A DNA stretch of 63,016 bases, filler included. It is 14 parts of 14 records of this genome, joined end to end, with 100 filler letters (N's around TTAATTAATTAA, not from the genome) between each part and the next. Parts side by side here need not be neighbours in the genome. Positions count along the whole stretch, not along the records: positions 29,059 to 37,929 come from SRR7504441_110502; positions 38,030 to 41,780 come from SRR7504441_110512; positions 41,881 to 46,238 come from SRR7504441_110563; 11 more parts are not named here. One strand, written 5' to 3'. A program made the position numbers and the translations under genes. The notes beneath the pieces were generated by a model, which saw only the letters and a list, made by a program, of their open reading frames with translations, was not told the DNA's origin and did no database searches. Shown here one piece after another: positions 32,713 through 44,178 of this stretch (positions are counted from its first letter, which is position 1; each line of letters opens with the position of its first letter).

Positions 32713-33732
32713 ATGGCTCCTTTCCCTGAGGAGTTGCTGCCTGATGTGCTGGAGCATCCGTGGCTGGTGGCTTTCGGGTTCCGAAACGACGGGGCCGACC
32801 TCCGGAGCTTTACGTCTGCAGTACAGCGGTGGCAGCCGTCAGGCCCACAGGCCGCAGTCTCTCTCAACTTGATGTCCGGGGCCAACGACAACCAATCTTC
32901 GGCTTCCGGGGCTTCAGTGACAGAGGCAGGAAGGGTGGGGATGGGGATCTCCCCTGTCTCACAGGGTCGGTCCCGGGCCGACTCGGGAGCAAAGCGCACC
33001 AGGGAGACCGAATCGGCCGACCCGTTGCTGGTGGCAAGTCACCACATGGGTGAGCCTTTGCCTCAGCTTACTTCGACAGAGTGGCGCAAGATCCTAGAGA
33101 CGGAGTCGGTGGTGGCCGAGCTGGAACCGATGGCTGAGCTGGTCCGATTTGCCAGCGGGGCCGATTCTGTCCTGGTGACTGTTCTCGAAGGGCATCAGCA
33201 GCGGATCGTGGTCAACTCAAGCCAGGAGCAGACGTGTGTGTGGGGAGTGTGTGCGACGTCGCTGGAGGAATCAGTGTGCAAGGTTGTGTTCTCCAGGGTG
33301 GGCAAGACGGTGGAGGAGCAGCGCGGCAGGTTCCGCGAGGTTGTGGACACGAACCAAGATCCGCACCTGCACACTGCCCCCTTGGTGGTGGACGGCCCGT
33401 GCATCCGGTACTACCTCGGTTTCGAGCTGATTCCGGGCCTAGCATACGTGTGCTTGCTATGTTCTAATGCTGGACGCCCGGCCAAAGTGCAAGAGAGCGA
33501 CTCGTTCCGGCAGTTCTGTGGTATCATGATGGAGCTTTGCGACACCAAGCGCGAGTCAGTAGAGCGATTATATGCATCAATGATCAAAATACGAGAGGGG
33601 CACCCAGAGGCAACAAACTGGAAATTTACAGACTTTTATGTTGAGGGAGATACCCCTACTGGCTCAGCGGCACTCGAGACAATTGACGAGATTGCACCCA
33701 CTACAAGTAGCCATGGCGATTCCAATGCATAA
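32713..33732 (+). CDS. Protein with a divergent GAF-like domain
   Basis: ESVCKVV..VVDTNQDPHLHTAPLVVDGPCIRYYLGFELI..YVCLL resembles the GAF pattern SFC..VxDxxxDxRFxxNPLV..IRFYAGxPL. Confidence 0.6.
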   Translation: MAPFPEELLPDVLEHPWLVAFGFRNDGADLRSFTSAVQRWQPSGPQAAVSLNLMSGANDNQSSASGASVTEAGRVGMGISPVSQGRSRADSGAKRTRETESADPLLVASHHMGEPLPQLTSTEWRKILETESVVAELEPMAELVRFASGADSVLVTVLEGHQQRIVVNSSQEQTCVWGVCATSLEESVCKVVFSRVGKTVEEQRGRFREVVDTNQDPHLHTAPLVVDGPCIRYYLGFELIPGLAYVCLLCSNAGRPAKVQESDSFRQFCGIMMELCDTKRESVERLYASMIKIREGHPEATNWKFTDFYVEGDTPTGSAALETIDEIAPTTSSHGDSNA

Positions 33733-34003
33733 CAACAGTTGCTACAATGACATTGTCATGCTTACAAGTAGTAGCCAATCTTGATGGGGAGCTTATCTGC
33801 TTGTCTTGGCTATGGCCAAGGTGAGGCGCGCTATTGCATCTGCAGTGTAGCTACTTGCCTTGATCGCTTTGCAAGTCATTTCAACCACCTCAAAATCTAG
33901 AATTACAACGATTGGGAAATGATAATTATAATTATACTCAATCGTCCGATCGTCTGGCAACTTTTAATTAGTACCACATCACTGCCACAAAGGCCAAAGC
34001 GAA

Positions 34004-35157
34004 ATGGGCTGCTGGAAGCACGAAAATTTGACCCTGTTAAGCCTGTTTGGTCTCTCGCCATCGTCACAGATGGTCAAGGACGCAGTCGGGGCATTCTTGA
34101 AGCCAACAGAAAAGCTCTTTTTCCACGGACAGTCTGTGAACGTACATCTTCAGCACTCTATCCGTAACGGATTAAAGTGGTCCGCATCGCGTTGACGCCT
34201 CCTCGCTGTGCTCGCTTTTCGCGATGCGGTTGTGGTGCTCCGTCGCGAGATCCGCTGTTGGCTGCAGTGTGCTGTTACGCACTCAAAAACAATGCAGCTC
34301 CAGCCTTGCAAAAAGTCAACTTTGACTTTCCCATCTCCAACAACTTTGCCGTGGTGCGCTTTGACCCATTGGCAGTGACCTATGACAAGGAAGCCGACGC
34401 ATTGGTCTTCGCGCTGCGTGGTGACATCGTTCAGGCGCAAGACATGCAGGACCCCCCAGGCACGTATCCACGATCACTGCCACCGTGGGACATAGCGTAC
34501 CCAGACACTGACCTGCAGATTGCTCTCTCTCAATGGAGCCTTCAAACTGGGTTTGTGAACTATCAACGGGCTGGTCACTTGGCTCTAGATATTCTGCCTA
34601 CAGACGTCCCTGCGGGCTTCCCCCTGCAACTGAGAACCGGCGCCTTTGCCCTGGTTGCGCCTGGACTTGTGCTGAAGTATGGAAGGAATAGGCCTATGCG
34701 CCTTGCGCTGGCGCTTGAGCAAGATATGAATGTGACGATGAGCCCTGATGACGGGCTTGCTGTGACTGGTCCTGCTGGGATCATATTTCAAGTGGAGACC
34801 AACACCTCCAACACCTCGGTGGATGCATTTGCAATTCAACTGAATCTGCACTTGTCGGTGAACGCGTCTGTTGTCGGTGTCAATGATTCTGCACGTCTTT
34901 CTCTGGCCTTCACGGCTCTTTCATTTCCGTCGAAGGTTGCAAATTCCACCGTTGGGCCTGTCTTTTTGCTGCCCCCGTTGCTCAACGCTCTCTCCTTTCT
35001 GGTCAAAAATGTTGGAGTCCCGCTGATCAATAGTAGATTCATGGAAGGAATTCCGCTACCCTCATCCCCACAAGTTCACCTAAACAAGAGCCAAGATGCG
35101 ATACGGCAAGAGTACCTCGTCGTGGCGTCGGACGTGGTGGTGTCCCCAGCTGATTGA
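34004..35157 (+). CDS. BPI/LBP/CETP (TULIP) family lipid-binding protein; 5' structure uncertain
   Basis: IALSQWSLQTGFVNYQRAG, LRTGAFALVAPGLVLKY..RPMRL and PLINSRFMEGIPLP..YLVVASDV match the BPI C-terminal domain pattern. Confidence 0.75.
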
Positions 35158-35391
35158 ATAATGATCTATTGTTCCTATGATAAATAACATTCCGAGTGTG
35201 ACATGGCAAGGTCCAGGCTGCTCACTCAATGGCATAAATGAATAAGGCCTTAGTGTGCAAAACAGTGTGCATTATGCCGACTCGTACTTCACACCAATAT
35301 TACAAGACTTAGTATTGACGCCGGACTTACTACTAGTTAAGCTTACTGTAGTCATGGTAACCGTGATTCATGATCCGCACTAGAAGCGCGA

Positions 35392-36609
35392 TCAGAATTT
35401 GAACTTCACACCATTCGAATCCAAGCATGGTAAGAGATTGCGCGTAAATTCCATGGCCTGGTCTATCACATCCTGAGGAATCCTCCCCTCATCTGGAACA
35501 CTACAACCTTGAAAATGAGCCCTCTCCAGTGCAGCAGCGCCACCGCATTCCAGCACTTCGAGCAATGTGAGCACACCTCGGCGACCGATCGAGTTGGAAC
35601 CAAAATCTAGTGCTCTCACTGCCCGATTGTGTTGCAAAGCTTTGGCTAGAATCACAAAGTCCTCGTCTCGCCATGTGGAAATGTGGCACCACAGAGCCTC
35701 CACCACAGAGTCCCCTTCGAGCAGCCGCGACAGCCGGCGCATCTGGGCCTCGGTCGGAGTTGCCTCGTGCCAGTTGACTACGGAGCACGCTCCGGCCTCG
35801 ACTTGGTCCAATATTTCGTCTGCGTACTCGGGGGCCGGGGTCCAATCATCCGGAGCTGGCGACCAGGCGTCCTCGACTTGACCTGTCGAGATTTGTAGCT
35901 CCGGATGGGCTTGTAACGCGACCTTCTCCTGTGCCTTAGGGAACTGTACCTTTACCTGAAAGTGGCTGCCTGGCGTTGTTTGGTTGCCTATGTAGACCGT
36001 ACTCGGGCGCCCTCGGAGGTCTAAGGCCCGCAGATTCGGGCATGGGACGGATGCCAGGACCTCGAGCGTCGCCAAGGCCCCTTCCACGTCTAGACCCCTG
36101 CCATAACCCGAAGACTGACACCCGGCCTCGGTGCCAGACACGTCCAATTCCTCCAAGCTACCGGCCCACCGGCGCAGCAGCGGTTCGAGCCCCGAAGGTC
36201 GGATGTCCGCGCACCAGGTGAGCCGCAGCCGCCGGAGACGGAGCGCGGGGCAGCGCTGGACGATCATGGCGAGCACTTCACCGCCCGACGGGCGAGCCCC
36301 CTCCTGGCCGGGCGGCAGGAACCCATGTTTGCCGTCCCAGCTCATGGGCATGTGCACCGAGAGAGAGTCGAGCTCGCTGCAGATGGCGAGCAGCGCGCCG
36401 AAGCCGGGGCAGCGCACGTTGGTGCGGCCGCAGATCGTCAGGTCGGGCCAGGCCAGCGGGTCCCGGGAGGCATCGAGGAAGGCTCGGGACACCAGGCTGG
36501 CCACGAGCCGGTGAGCCTGCGGCAGTCGGCCAATGATCCACGCCAGCTGGTGCGCCAGCCGCGGGTCCCCGAACCGGAGCTCTGCTCCTTGGGAGGCCTG
36601 GGCTGCCAT
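35392..36609 (-). CDS. F-box-like / leucine-rich-repeat protein
   Basis: IIGRLP..RLVASLVSRAF..LAW (F-box-like), LEELDVSGT, PNLRALDLRG and VRALDFGSNSIGRRG (LRR). Confidence 0.75.
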   Translation of the reverse strand: MAAQASQGAELRFGDPRLAHQLAWIIGRLPQAHRLVASLVSRAFLDASRDPLAWPDLTICGRTNVRCPGFGALLAICSELDSLSVHMPMSWDGKHGFLPPGQEGARPSGGEVLAMIVQRCPALRLRRLRLTWCADIRPSGLEPLLRRWAGSLEELDVSGTEAGCQSSGYGRGLDVEGALATLEVLASVPCPNLRALDLRGRPSTVYIGNQTTPGSHFQVKVQFPKAQEKVALQAHPELQISTGQVEDAWSPAPDDWTPAPEYADEILDQVEAGACSVVNWHEATPTEAQMRRLSRLLEGDSVVEALWCHISTWRDEDFVILAKALQHNRAVRALDFGSNSIGRRGVLTLLEVLECGGAAALERAHFQGCSVPDEGRIPQDVIDQAMEFTRNLLPCLDSNGVKFKF

Positions 36610-36720
36610 CCCGGGGAAGTGAGGCCGAGCCGCCGGGAGATGTCGGTTGGGCCTCTAGGATCTGAAGGTTTTTTTTTTTTCTCAGAATAGCACAAGAGGG
36701 GTGGACAAGCGCGGGCAACC

Positions 36721-37054
36721 ATGTGCATGAACAGCGCGGAGTCGATCCGGTTCGCGGAGAAGATCCGGCGGGAGAACGAGTGCCGGGAGGCCTGGTATAA
36801 CACGCACGGGGTGGAGCTCGGGATCGGCAAGGTGACGCCCCGCGCCGCCGGGCCTCACCCAAGGCGTGCAGCGGCGGTATAACCGCGCGGACGCCAAGGA
36901 GCGGCAGGAGATCATGGACCAGATGCGGCAGAAGCCCAAGCCCAAAGCGGAGGAACAGGAGGAGGAGGAGGAGGAGACCCGGCCGTTGAGCATTGTTTAC
37001 AATCAGCAGCGGTTCCCAGCAGCGTGCGCCGCAGCCGGCTGGGGCCCGGCCTGA
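36721..37054 (+). CDS. Small hypothetical spliced protein, boundaries approximate
   Basis: MCMNSAESIRFAEKIRRENECREAW exon joined by a GT-AG mini-intron to the charged exon in ORF 36866-37054. Confidence 0.35.
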
Positions 37055-37525
37055 CTGGCAGGACAGGTATGACATGGCGGCCTGGGGCGACGCGGCCATA
37101 CATAGCGGGTACCGGACGGTTTACTACCGGGTATAGAGTAAGCTGGGGTCTGCGGGGGAGCCGGGTCGGAGCGGAGCCGGCTGCTGTAGAGGCTGGGGTG
37201 TGAGGTAAGGGTAGAAGTGTCGAGGGGCGCGGGCGGGAGCAGTAGGCGCTGCGGATGCTTGTGTACGTACCCTTTATGTAGCGGTGAGGCAGCATCCGGC
37301 CTCGAGTTGGTGAACTAAGCGATCAATCTCTCGAAGGACCGGTAATCTTTATACGTAAGTACGAGCACTGTATATTAATTTTATTCTCCTGATTTTAATG
37401 AAAGTTTAATGAAAGCATCTATTCTGCGCATTGTCACTCAGACTACGTCTGTACTATATGTAAGCGAGCCCAATCCGAAAGGGCCCATAGGGGTTGCGCT
37501 GCCCGGTCAGAGAACAACCCTCTGC

Positions 37526-37929
37526 TCAACACACGGTCTTGAGGTAGGCGATCAAATCCTTTCGCTCCCCTGCCTTCTTGATTCCGGCGAACGCCATCTT
37601 GGTGCCCTGTCCGCCGGCTCGCCGAGCCCGGGCGCTGTGGCCGCCTTGATGTACTTCTTCGGATTCTCGAGGTACTCGAACAGTATCTGCAGCTCGGCTC
37701 GCCGGGCAGGCGGGGCTGGGCACGTCCTCGGACCAGGTGATGCCAGACTCTTTGTTGGCCCGCGAGTAGGAGAAGCCGTCCACCTGGCCGGACTCCCGGC
37801 CGAAGAGACCGGTCAGATTCGGTCCGGTTGAGTTCTTTGCGTCCTGCCCACCGGCCGATCGCGCGCCCGGCCCGGCAGCCGGAGCACCGGCCCGGGGACA
37901 GTGTGGCACTGGAGGCACTTCTGCTTGAA
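37526..37929 (-). CDS. CYC: Cytochrome c, mitochondrial type, nucleus-encoded, 5'-partial
   Basis: Spliced [69 protein letters not shown]; three mini-introns, one GC-AG (37607-37644). Confidence 0.95.
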
Positions 37930-38029
37930 NNNNNNNNNNNNNNNNNNNNNNNNNNNNNNNNNNNNNNNNNNNNTTAATTAATTAANNNNNNNNNNNNNNN
38001 NNNNNNNNNNNNNNNNNNNNNNNNNNNNN

Positions 38030-39515
38030 AACTGCGAAGAAGCCAGTGGACCCGAAGAATCCAGTGGACGAGGCCGTACTAGCGAAGGAAGCGAAGCTGA
38101 AAAAGCTCAGTCTTGATGCTAGGGCAGCAGAGGGCACAATAACCATTGCAAAACATAAAGAGATAAATGTGAAAGCAGCATTGAAGAAAGAAGCATCAAC
38201 AACACCTGAGAAGAAAAAGCTTACCAGCGCCGAGGAGGTGCAAGAATTGAAGAGCAAAGCAGCAAGAAAGGCCATGCTTTCTACAATGCCCCGAACTGCT
38301 TTGACCCCAAATGACATCCACGGGCACAGGGGCTATATTGACCCATCTCAACCGCGGCGTGACTTCCTCCTGCCACCGGCCACCACACCACGAGGGTACA
38401 AGTACTGCACAGACCGGCATAAGGTCACTTTCACCACAAGTGAGGCACCAAACATACCTGCCGAGCTGTGTGGTAAGTGCGAGAATGGCTTCACAATTCT
38501 ACCCATGGTCTATCTGTCCAACCAGCTGCTGGGAATTTGTTACGAGATGCGCGGGTTGCCACTCTGGAAGCGAATGCTGACGATCCCGAAGCTTATGCGA
38601 AATAGAGCGAAAACGCTAGCCACAGGTAGTCGCAACAAAGCCGGACCATCTATGTACAATGACCGGACCTGCCGCTACTTCTACACTACAAAAGGCTGGA
38701 AGAACAAGAAGGACTATCTTCTTGAACAGAAAGGAAAGGGCACCTGGGCAAATGTGGAGGATCCGTCGAGTGCTTTCCCAACCGCGCACGGATCTCAGTG
38801 TGCAGTCTGCTCCCAAAACAATGACACCTCTATTGGGGAGTACGATGACCAGACCGCCTACATGCAGTTCCTGAAACGCGGCAGAAAGCTTGGCTACAGA
38901 GCCCCGGACATCATTAAACGGGATTTGGTAGCAGGTAAGGGTTGGAAGCTGAGCATGCAGCGGCTCACCGTGGCCAAGTTTGCCTCTTGCTATACGCACA
39001 AACAGAGCAAGGCGGAGATCACGTGCGACAAAATCACCGAGACCCAGAGTTGCCTGGAAGTGAACGTGTTCAGCACCTGGGGCGAGTACCACGAGGCGGT
39101 AAAGGAAGACAGTCTCACAGTGCTTCAGAACGTGACCATTAAAGGGTTCAACCCTGGAAAAAAAACCAATATTGGGGACATTCGTATTTTGGTCGTTGAG
39201 AAAAACAACCCATTTGCAGCGACTCGTTCGGGTCGGACAACCGCTACTTGGGTTATCGATGAACGTCATTTGAACTACGGTACATCAAACCACGATGCGA
39301 AGTTCCAGGCTAGGATGAAAGCGAAGGGCAAGGATTTTTCGCCCCCAAAACTGGGCAGTAGAGGCCATGCGTTGAGGGCAGCCAGATGCCGGAATGTTTG
39401 GGCGAGACAGGCGCTCAAAGCTGCCGAGTACGCGATGGACATGGAAAAGTCAATTAGTGACGTGCACAAACAATGCGATCGGGTGATTAGTGAATCCGCC
39501 CTCTCTCTACAATAA
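38030..39515 (+). CDS. Hypothetical basic, Cys-containing protein (5'-partial)
   Basis: Uninterrupted ORF of about 490 aa from the contig edge with CxxC pairs; no family recognised. Confidence 0.55.
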
Positions 39516-39692
39516 ATTTACGTACATAAATCCTTACTTCATACTAGCTGGCCGTCCGGCCGTCCTACCTCGGCCACGCTCCTAACAAAGATCCGACACT
39601 TGTGCTGGGTTTGGGTACAATGTATGTACGAGATAATACGGGCGCTGCCGGTGGTCGAGTGCGGTTAGTGCTCGAGTCTCTCACTTAGTTAT

Positions 39693-41693
39693 TTAGTCTA
39701 TTATTCCGTCATTGAAAAAGATAAGCTCAGCCAATGATGCAAGCTCTACTCGTGCTCTTTCGGCCACATGCACTCTGCCTAACGCGCGATCATGAAAGCT
39801 CCAGCCACGATTTGCACCAAGCCCCGTCAAATCCACCGCGATGGACCGGTCCCTCGTGGCCAGATTGACGAGCTTAAACTCACCTTTGGCAGCATCGTGC
39901 ACCCAACGGAGCGCGATCCGAGGCTGAGTGAGAGTGACGGACCCGGACTCGGCTAGCATCGGAGCGAGTTCCAAGTCGGCATCGAGTGAAGGCTTGAGCC
40001 CCAGTAAGTCGTGATGGAGCACCCAAGAGAAGGCTGCGGGGTACTCGTAGTAGCCCATCCGGCCATGGTAGTGCTTGCCGTCGACGTAATACACGTGGTC
40101 CATATCATACCGCTCAGCCATCGTGTAGTTAGTAAGCGCAGCCTCGCTTGCCACACGCATCAGCTGCCACTTGATCATGCTGCCATTCCGCACTGAGGTC
40201 CAGTACGCCGAGTCCCACACCCATACTCTGCCCATGGCGCACAGATCATACGGCAGGTTGATTTCCGAACCGGTGTAGTCCTCAATCTTGGCAGCCACGA
40301 AGCTCGGAAGTCGTTGAAAATCGACGTGATACTTGCTGACCAGCTCTGCCACGCTATGCTTCTGAGCAGCGGTTGCGTACCCAAATGCGCTTGGCAGCAC
40401 ATTGGCCAGCAGGTGGATGTGGTCATGCGTCTGGCCCAGCCTGTCAACCCAATCCACAAACCGGCCGGCGCTCTCGTTCCAGTAGCCCACGGGGACAGGC
40501 GCCACCAGTGCGACCGAGATCTTCTCGGAAAGCTCTCTGTACCTCACTGCCTGGGCGGTCCTGTTCAGCCGATCCTCCAGCTCGGCTGCAATCCCAAACG
40601 CACGCGCCGCAAACGCCTGGGCCTGGGCCGTCCGGCCGTCCTTGATGCATTGGTCCTCGTAGTACACGTCGCTCCACACCCTCCCCTGCCCATCCGTGTT
40701 GAGCTCAACCCAACCTAGAGCCTCCTCCAGCCGGCCGACAACGGCTTCGAGCCAAGCCCAGTCCTTGGTAGCCGCCGCGTGCAGCCAGATGTTCTCGGGC
40801 AGCCCGATGTTGGCAGTCAGCGGGAACATCTCGGCGTTGACCTGCCCGTCCTTGCTTGACCGCCTCACATGGTACTCGCCCAGGCTCGGACTGCCCGGGC
40901 ACACGTCTCCTTCCGGATGGACAGCGCAAGGGATCCTGTACAGCCCGGCCGGGTCCCTGCCACTAGATTCGAGCTGCAGCTCAATCATCCGCCGGCTGAT
41001 CGCGTCATCGAGCGGGTTGCCCAGAACGGTCCGGCCCTTGATGTGGAATTCGTGGTCTACATCGGGGTAAGTGCCATCATACCCACCGCCCGCCGCCTGG
41101 TGCAGCATCGAGAGCACAAACCCGTCCGGCCGGCTGTACCCGCTAGCCAGCGTACGTTCCACCACCAGCCGCAAGCTGGTTCCCCAGTAGAACGCGGCTT
41201 GCGTGCTGGCCAGGACCGCCCCGCCGTCGAAATCAAACTGATAACGGTTGCCGAACAGGTCCGCATGGGGGCGCGGCTCGAACAAAAGGAGCCGGCAGCG
41301 CGGCGCGGACACCGCCACTGCGACCCCACCGGAGTGCTGCCTGGTGACGGTTATGCTGGCGTTCGCCGCGTCGATCATGTAGCTCGGCTGGTCTGAGGCA
41401 CTAGGCTCGCGCGGCAGCACCCAGGCGATGCGGCTACCCCGGCTGGTCTGCGGCTGCCACGGCTGCTCAAGGTCTGGCTTGACAAACGGCTGGCCAGCCT
41501 CCAAGTCCAAGGCCAGCGTCATGCCGTCGCTGAAGGCCAACGAGATCCCCCAGGCCGCAGCCGAGATCGTGTAGCTCCTGCCCGAGCCGGCGCAGCTGGC
41601 GTTGACACCGGTGAGCAGCCGGCTGAGCGGGCACTCTGCCGCAGCGGCTGCCCAGCACAGCAGGCTGCACAGCACCCGACCTCCTCGGCGCAT
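39693..41693 (-). CDS. Secreted six-hairpin (alpha/alpha)6-barrel glycosidase-like protein
   Basis: Signal peptide; AAATKDWAWL, QAFAARAFGIAAELEDRL..AVRYRELSEKI..YWNESAGRFVDW and HDLLGLKP are typical of six-hairpin glycosidases; intronless. Confidence 0.65.
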   Translation of the reverse strand: MRRGGRVLCSLLCWAAAAAECPLSRLLTGVNASCAGSGRSYTISAAAWGISLAFSDGMTLALDLEAGQPFVKPDLEQPWQPQTSRGSRIAWVLPREPSASDQPSYMIDAANASITVTRQHSGGVAVAVSAPRCRLLLFEPRPHADLFGNRYQFDFDGGAVLASTQAAFYWGTSLRLVVERTLASGYSRPDGFVLSMLHQAAGGGYDGTYPDVDHEFHIKGRTVLGNPLDDAISRRMIELQLESSGRDPAGLYRIPCAVHPEGDVCPGSPSLGEYHVRRSSKDGQVNAEMFPLTANIGLPENIWLHAAATKDWAWLEAVVGRLEEALGWVELNTDGQGRVWSDVYYEDQCIKDGRTAQAQAFAARAFGIAAELEDRLNRTAQAVRYRELSEKISVALVAPVPVGYWNESAGRFVDWVDRLGQTHDHIHLLANVLPSAFGYATAAQKHSVAELVSKYHVDFQRLPSFVAAKIEDYTGSEINLPYDLCAMGRVWVWDSAYWTSVRNGSMIKWQLMRVASEAALTNYTMAERYDMDHVYYVDGKHYHGRMGYYEYPAAFSWVLHHDLLGLKPSLDADLELAPMLAESGSVTLTQPRIALRWVHDAAKGEFKLVNLATRDRSIAVDLTGLGANRGWSFHDRALGRVHVAERARVELASLAELIFFNDGIID

Positions 41694-41880
41694 TCGACCC
41701 CTGGACCAGCTACGAGCTGCAGAGCCAGACAGTGGGCGCCCGGCCCAGCGCGACGGGTCCGGCAGGGTCGCCCGGCCCAGNNNNNNNNNNNNNNNNNNNN
41801 NNNNNNNNNNNNNNNNNNNNNNNNTTAATTAATTAANNNNNNNNNNNNNNNNNNNNNNNNNNNNNNNNNNNNNNNNNNNN

Positions 41881-43875
41881 AGCCCGGCCGAAGAGGCGGA
41901 GCAGCAGCCGAGCCGCGGCTTCCTGATCCAGTGCGGCCACTTTGGTCTGGAGGACCAGGCCGCCGCTCAAGTCCGTGCGAGTCTCCGCGCACTGGGCTGC
42001 CCGGCTCTCCACAGGGCCGCTCTGCCGCAGAAAGGGGTGGCACTTCTTCTTGTTCAGGAGCCTGGGCCCTGCCCTGTCGAGCTCTACGCCAAGCTGGTGG
42101 CCGCGCACGACGCCCCGCCCCCGGAAGTAGGGGGAAATATCCGTGAGTGCCGCCTTGCATGTGCTGATGCGGCTTACGTGCTGCGTGCAGAGTTGCAGCT
42201 GGTTCCATTGCAGCGGCTGGTGCGCACTGGCCATGAGCTCACCCAGGCCACCCGGGAGCTCGCGGCCGCTGTAGGGCTGGAGGAAGGCAGCTCGTACAGC
42301 GTCTCGTACAGCTGCAGGGGCGACGATAAGATCCAGATGAGCGCAGGGGCGCCGGAGCCATGGCTTGACAAGCAGCAGGCGCTGGCTGCAGTGGCGGCAG
42401 GCATAGGGCCCTCGCGCACAGTGGACCTCAAGAGCCCTGGGTGCCTGGTGTGCGTCCGGCTGTGGCGGCGCCCGTCAGACCGCCAGTTTGAGTGCGGATT
42501 GGGGCTGGTGCCCGGACGGCTCTGCAGGCGGACTGGCTCGGGGTTCAAGCTCGCTGGACTGCCGGCCCGGGAGGCGCCGCCCAGGCCGGCAGCCAAGCCC
42601 AAGCCGAAGCGGCAGCGCACCGGCCCCGCGGGGCCGCTCAGCTTGCCCGCTGAGACTGACGCGCGGATGCTCGGGTTGCTCCGGAGAGCGATTGACTCCC
42701 GCGCAGCCGTGCTCGAGCAGCTCCTAGCAGAGGGCACCGACTGCTACCGGTGCACGGCCGGATCTAAAGCGCTGAGCCTATGGCGCCAGGCTCGTGCATG
42801 GGTCGGGGGACGGGCTGGCGGGGCTCACTCTAGACAGGCTCGGGCCAGTGCTGATGCTAGAGCAACACGAGGCAGCCGCCCAGCCCCTCGCGCTCGCCTC
42901 CGCGGTGCGCCAGCCGAGCGCTGAGCGCTGAGCCTGGGCGGCAGGTGGTGGAAGTATACCCGGCCGTGCCGCTGTTCCTCAAGCAGCGGTGCCACAGCAG
43001 CACGAGCGCGCAGCGGGCGGGGCAGCAGGTGTGCCCGTCAGTGCCCGCGGCCCTGACTGAGAGCTCTTGCACAGATAGCAGGCCCAGCGCACGGCGCCGA
43101 CACAGTGACCGTGTGCGAGCGCGAGCTCCGGTTCGAGCTCCGACTGTGCCATGAGGAGCACGTGGGGCTCTGGCTCGACAGCCGACCGGCTCGCAAGCTC
43201 TGTGCGGCTGTGAGCAAAGGGCGGCGGGTGCTCAACCTATTCAGCCACAGCGCCGGGTTTGGGCTGGCAGCGGCGGCGGCAGGGGCGCTCTCCACTGAGA
43301 ATGTGGACAACAAGGCCAGGTGCGCGGGGTGCTGCCGGTCAGGCCCTGAGCGCTGAGGCCGCAGCTGCCACCGCATGGGGCAGGCCAACTACGCAGCCTC
43401 GGGGCTCGGCGCCGCGGTGGACGACCGCAAGACGTTCCACAAGGCTGACGTCGTGAGCATGCTCGACAGGGTGTTGAGCTGTCACCAAAGGTCGGTCTGC
43501 ACCGCATGGCCGCTGAGCATCGTACTGTTCAGGTCGGAGCCGGGGAGTGTCCAGCAGCTCTACGACTTGATCGTATTGGACCCACCGCCGTGCTTTAGCC
43601 GGCACTCGAAGATCAACTTCGTGGCCAAGCAGGGCTACAGCGCACTGCTCGCCCGGTGCTTGCGGGCCACCAAGCCGGCGGCCGGCAGCCTAGTGCTCGC
43701 GGGGCTCAACGCGAGGGCGGTTGCCGATGCGGAGCTCGAGCGGATGATAGCGGAGGCAAGCGCCGAGGCCGGGGTCGGCTGCCGGGTGCTCAAGAAGCTA
43801 GAGGCCGGTGCTGACTTTGCGCCTGGCTGCCCGGACCGACCCACCGCACGGTTCTTTCTTCTCGAATGTGACTAG
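41881..43875 (+). CDS. RlmI/RlmK-like SAM-dependent RNA methyltransferase with an N-terminal THUMP-like region; spliced, 5'-partial
   Basis: TDCYR, HVGLWLDSRPAR, GRRVLNLFSHSAGFGLAAAAAGA..ENVD, YDLIVLDPPPCF and GADF; upstream SYSVSYSCRG..TVDLKSPGCLVCVRL is THUMP-like. Confidence 0.75.
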
Positions 43876-44178
43876 CCCACACTTCACGGCCCAACCGAGC
43901 CGCCAAAAATACACAACACAAACACTAAACACAATATGAATCACCCCCCGGCCTGAGAATTTTCAGAGGGGAGGAAGAAGGGGTACCGGTTTCTGGGCCG
44001 CTAGCGCTTAGCTAGAACTTTTTCGGATTGCATTGGGTTGTGAGGCCCGAGCTGCATTGGCGAGCAAGTATACACAAGCAGTGCCATACGTATGCCATAC
44101 GCGTGATGGCGTGCCCTCCGATATAAATATTAATTGAATGACTTCTTCCATATTTTGTTGTATAATTGTCCGCCTTAT

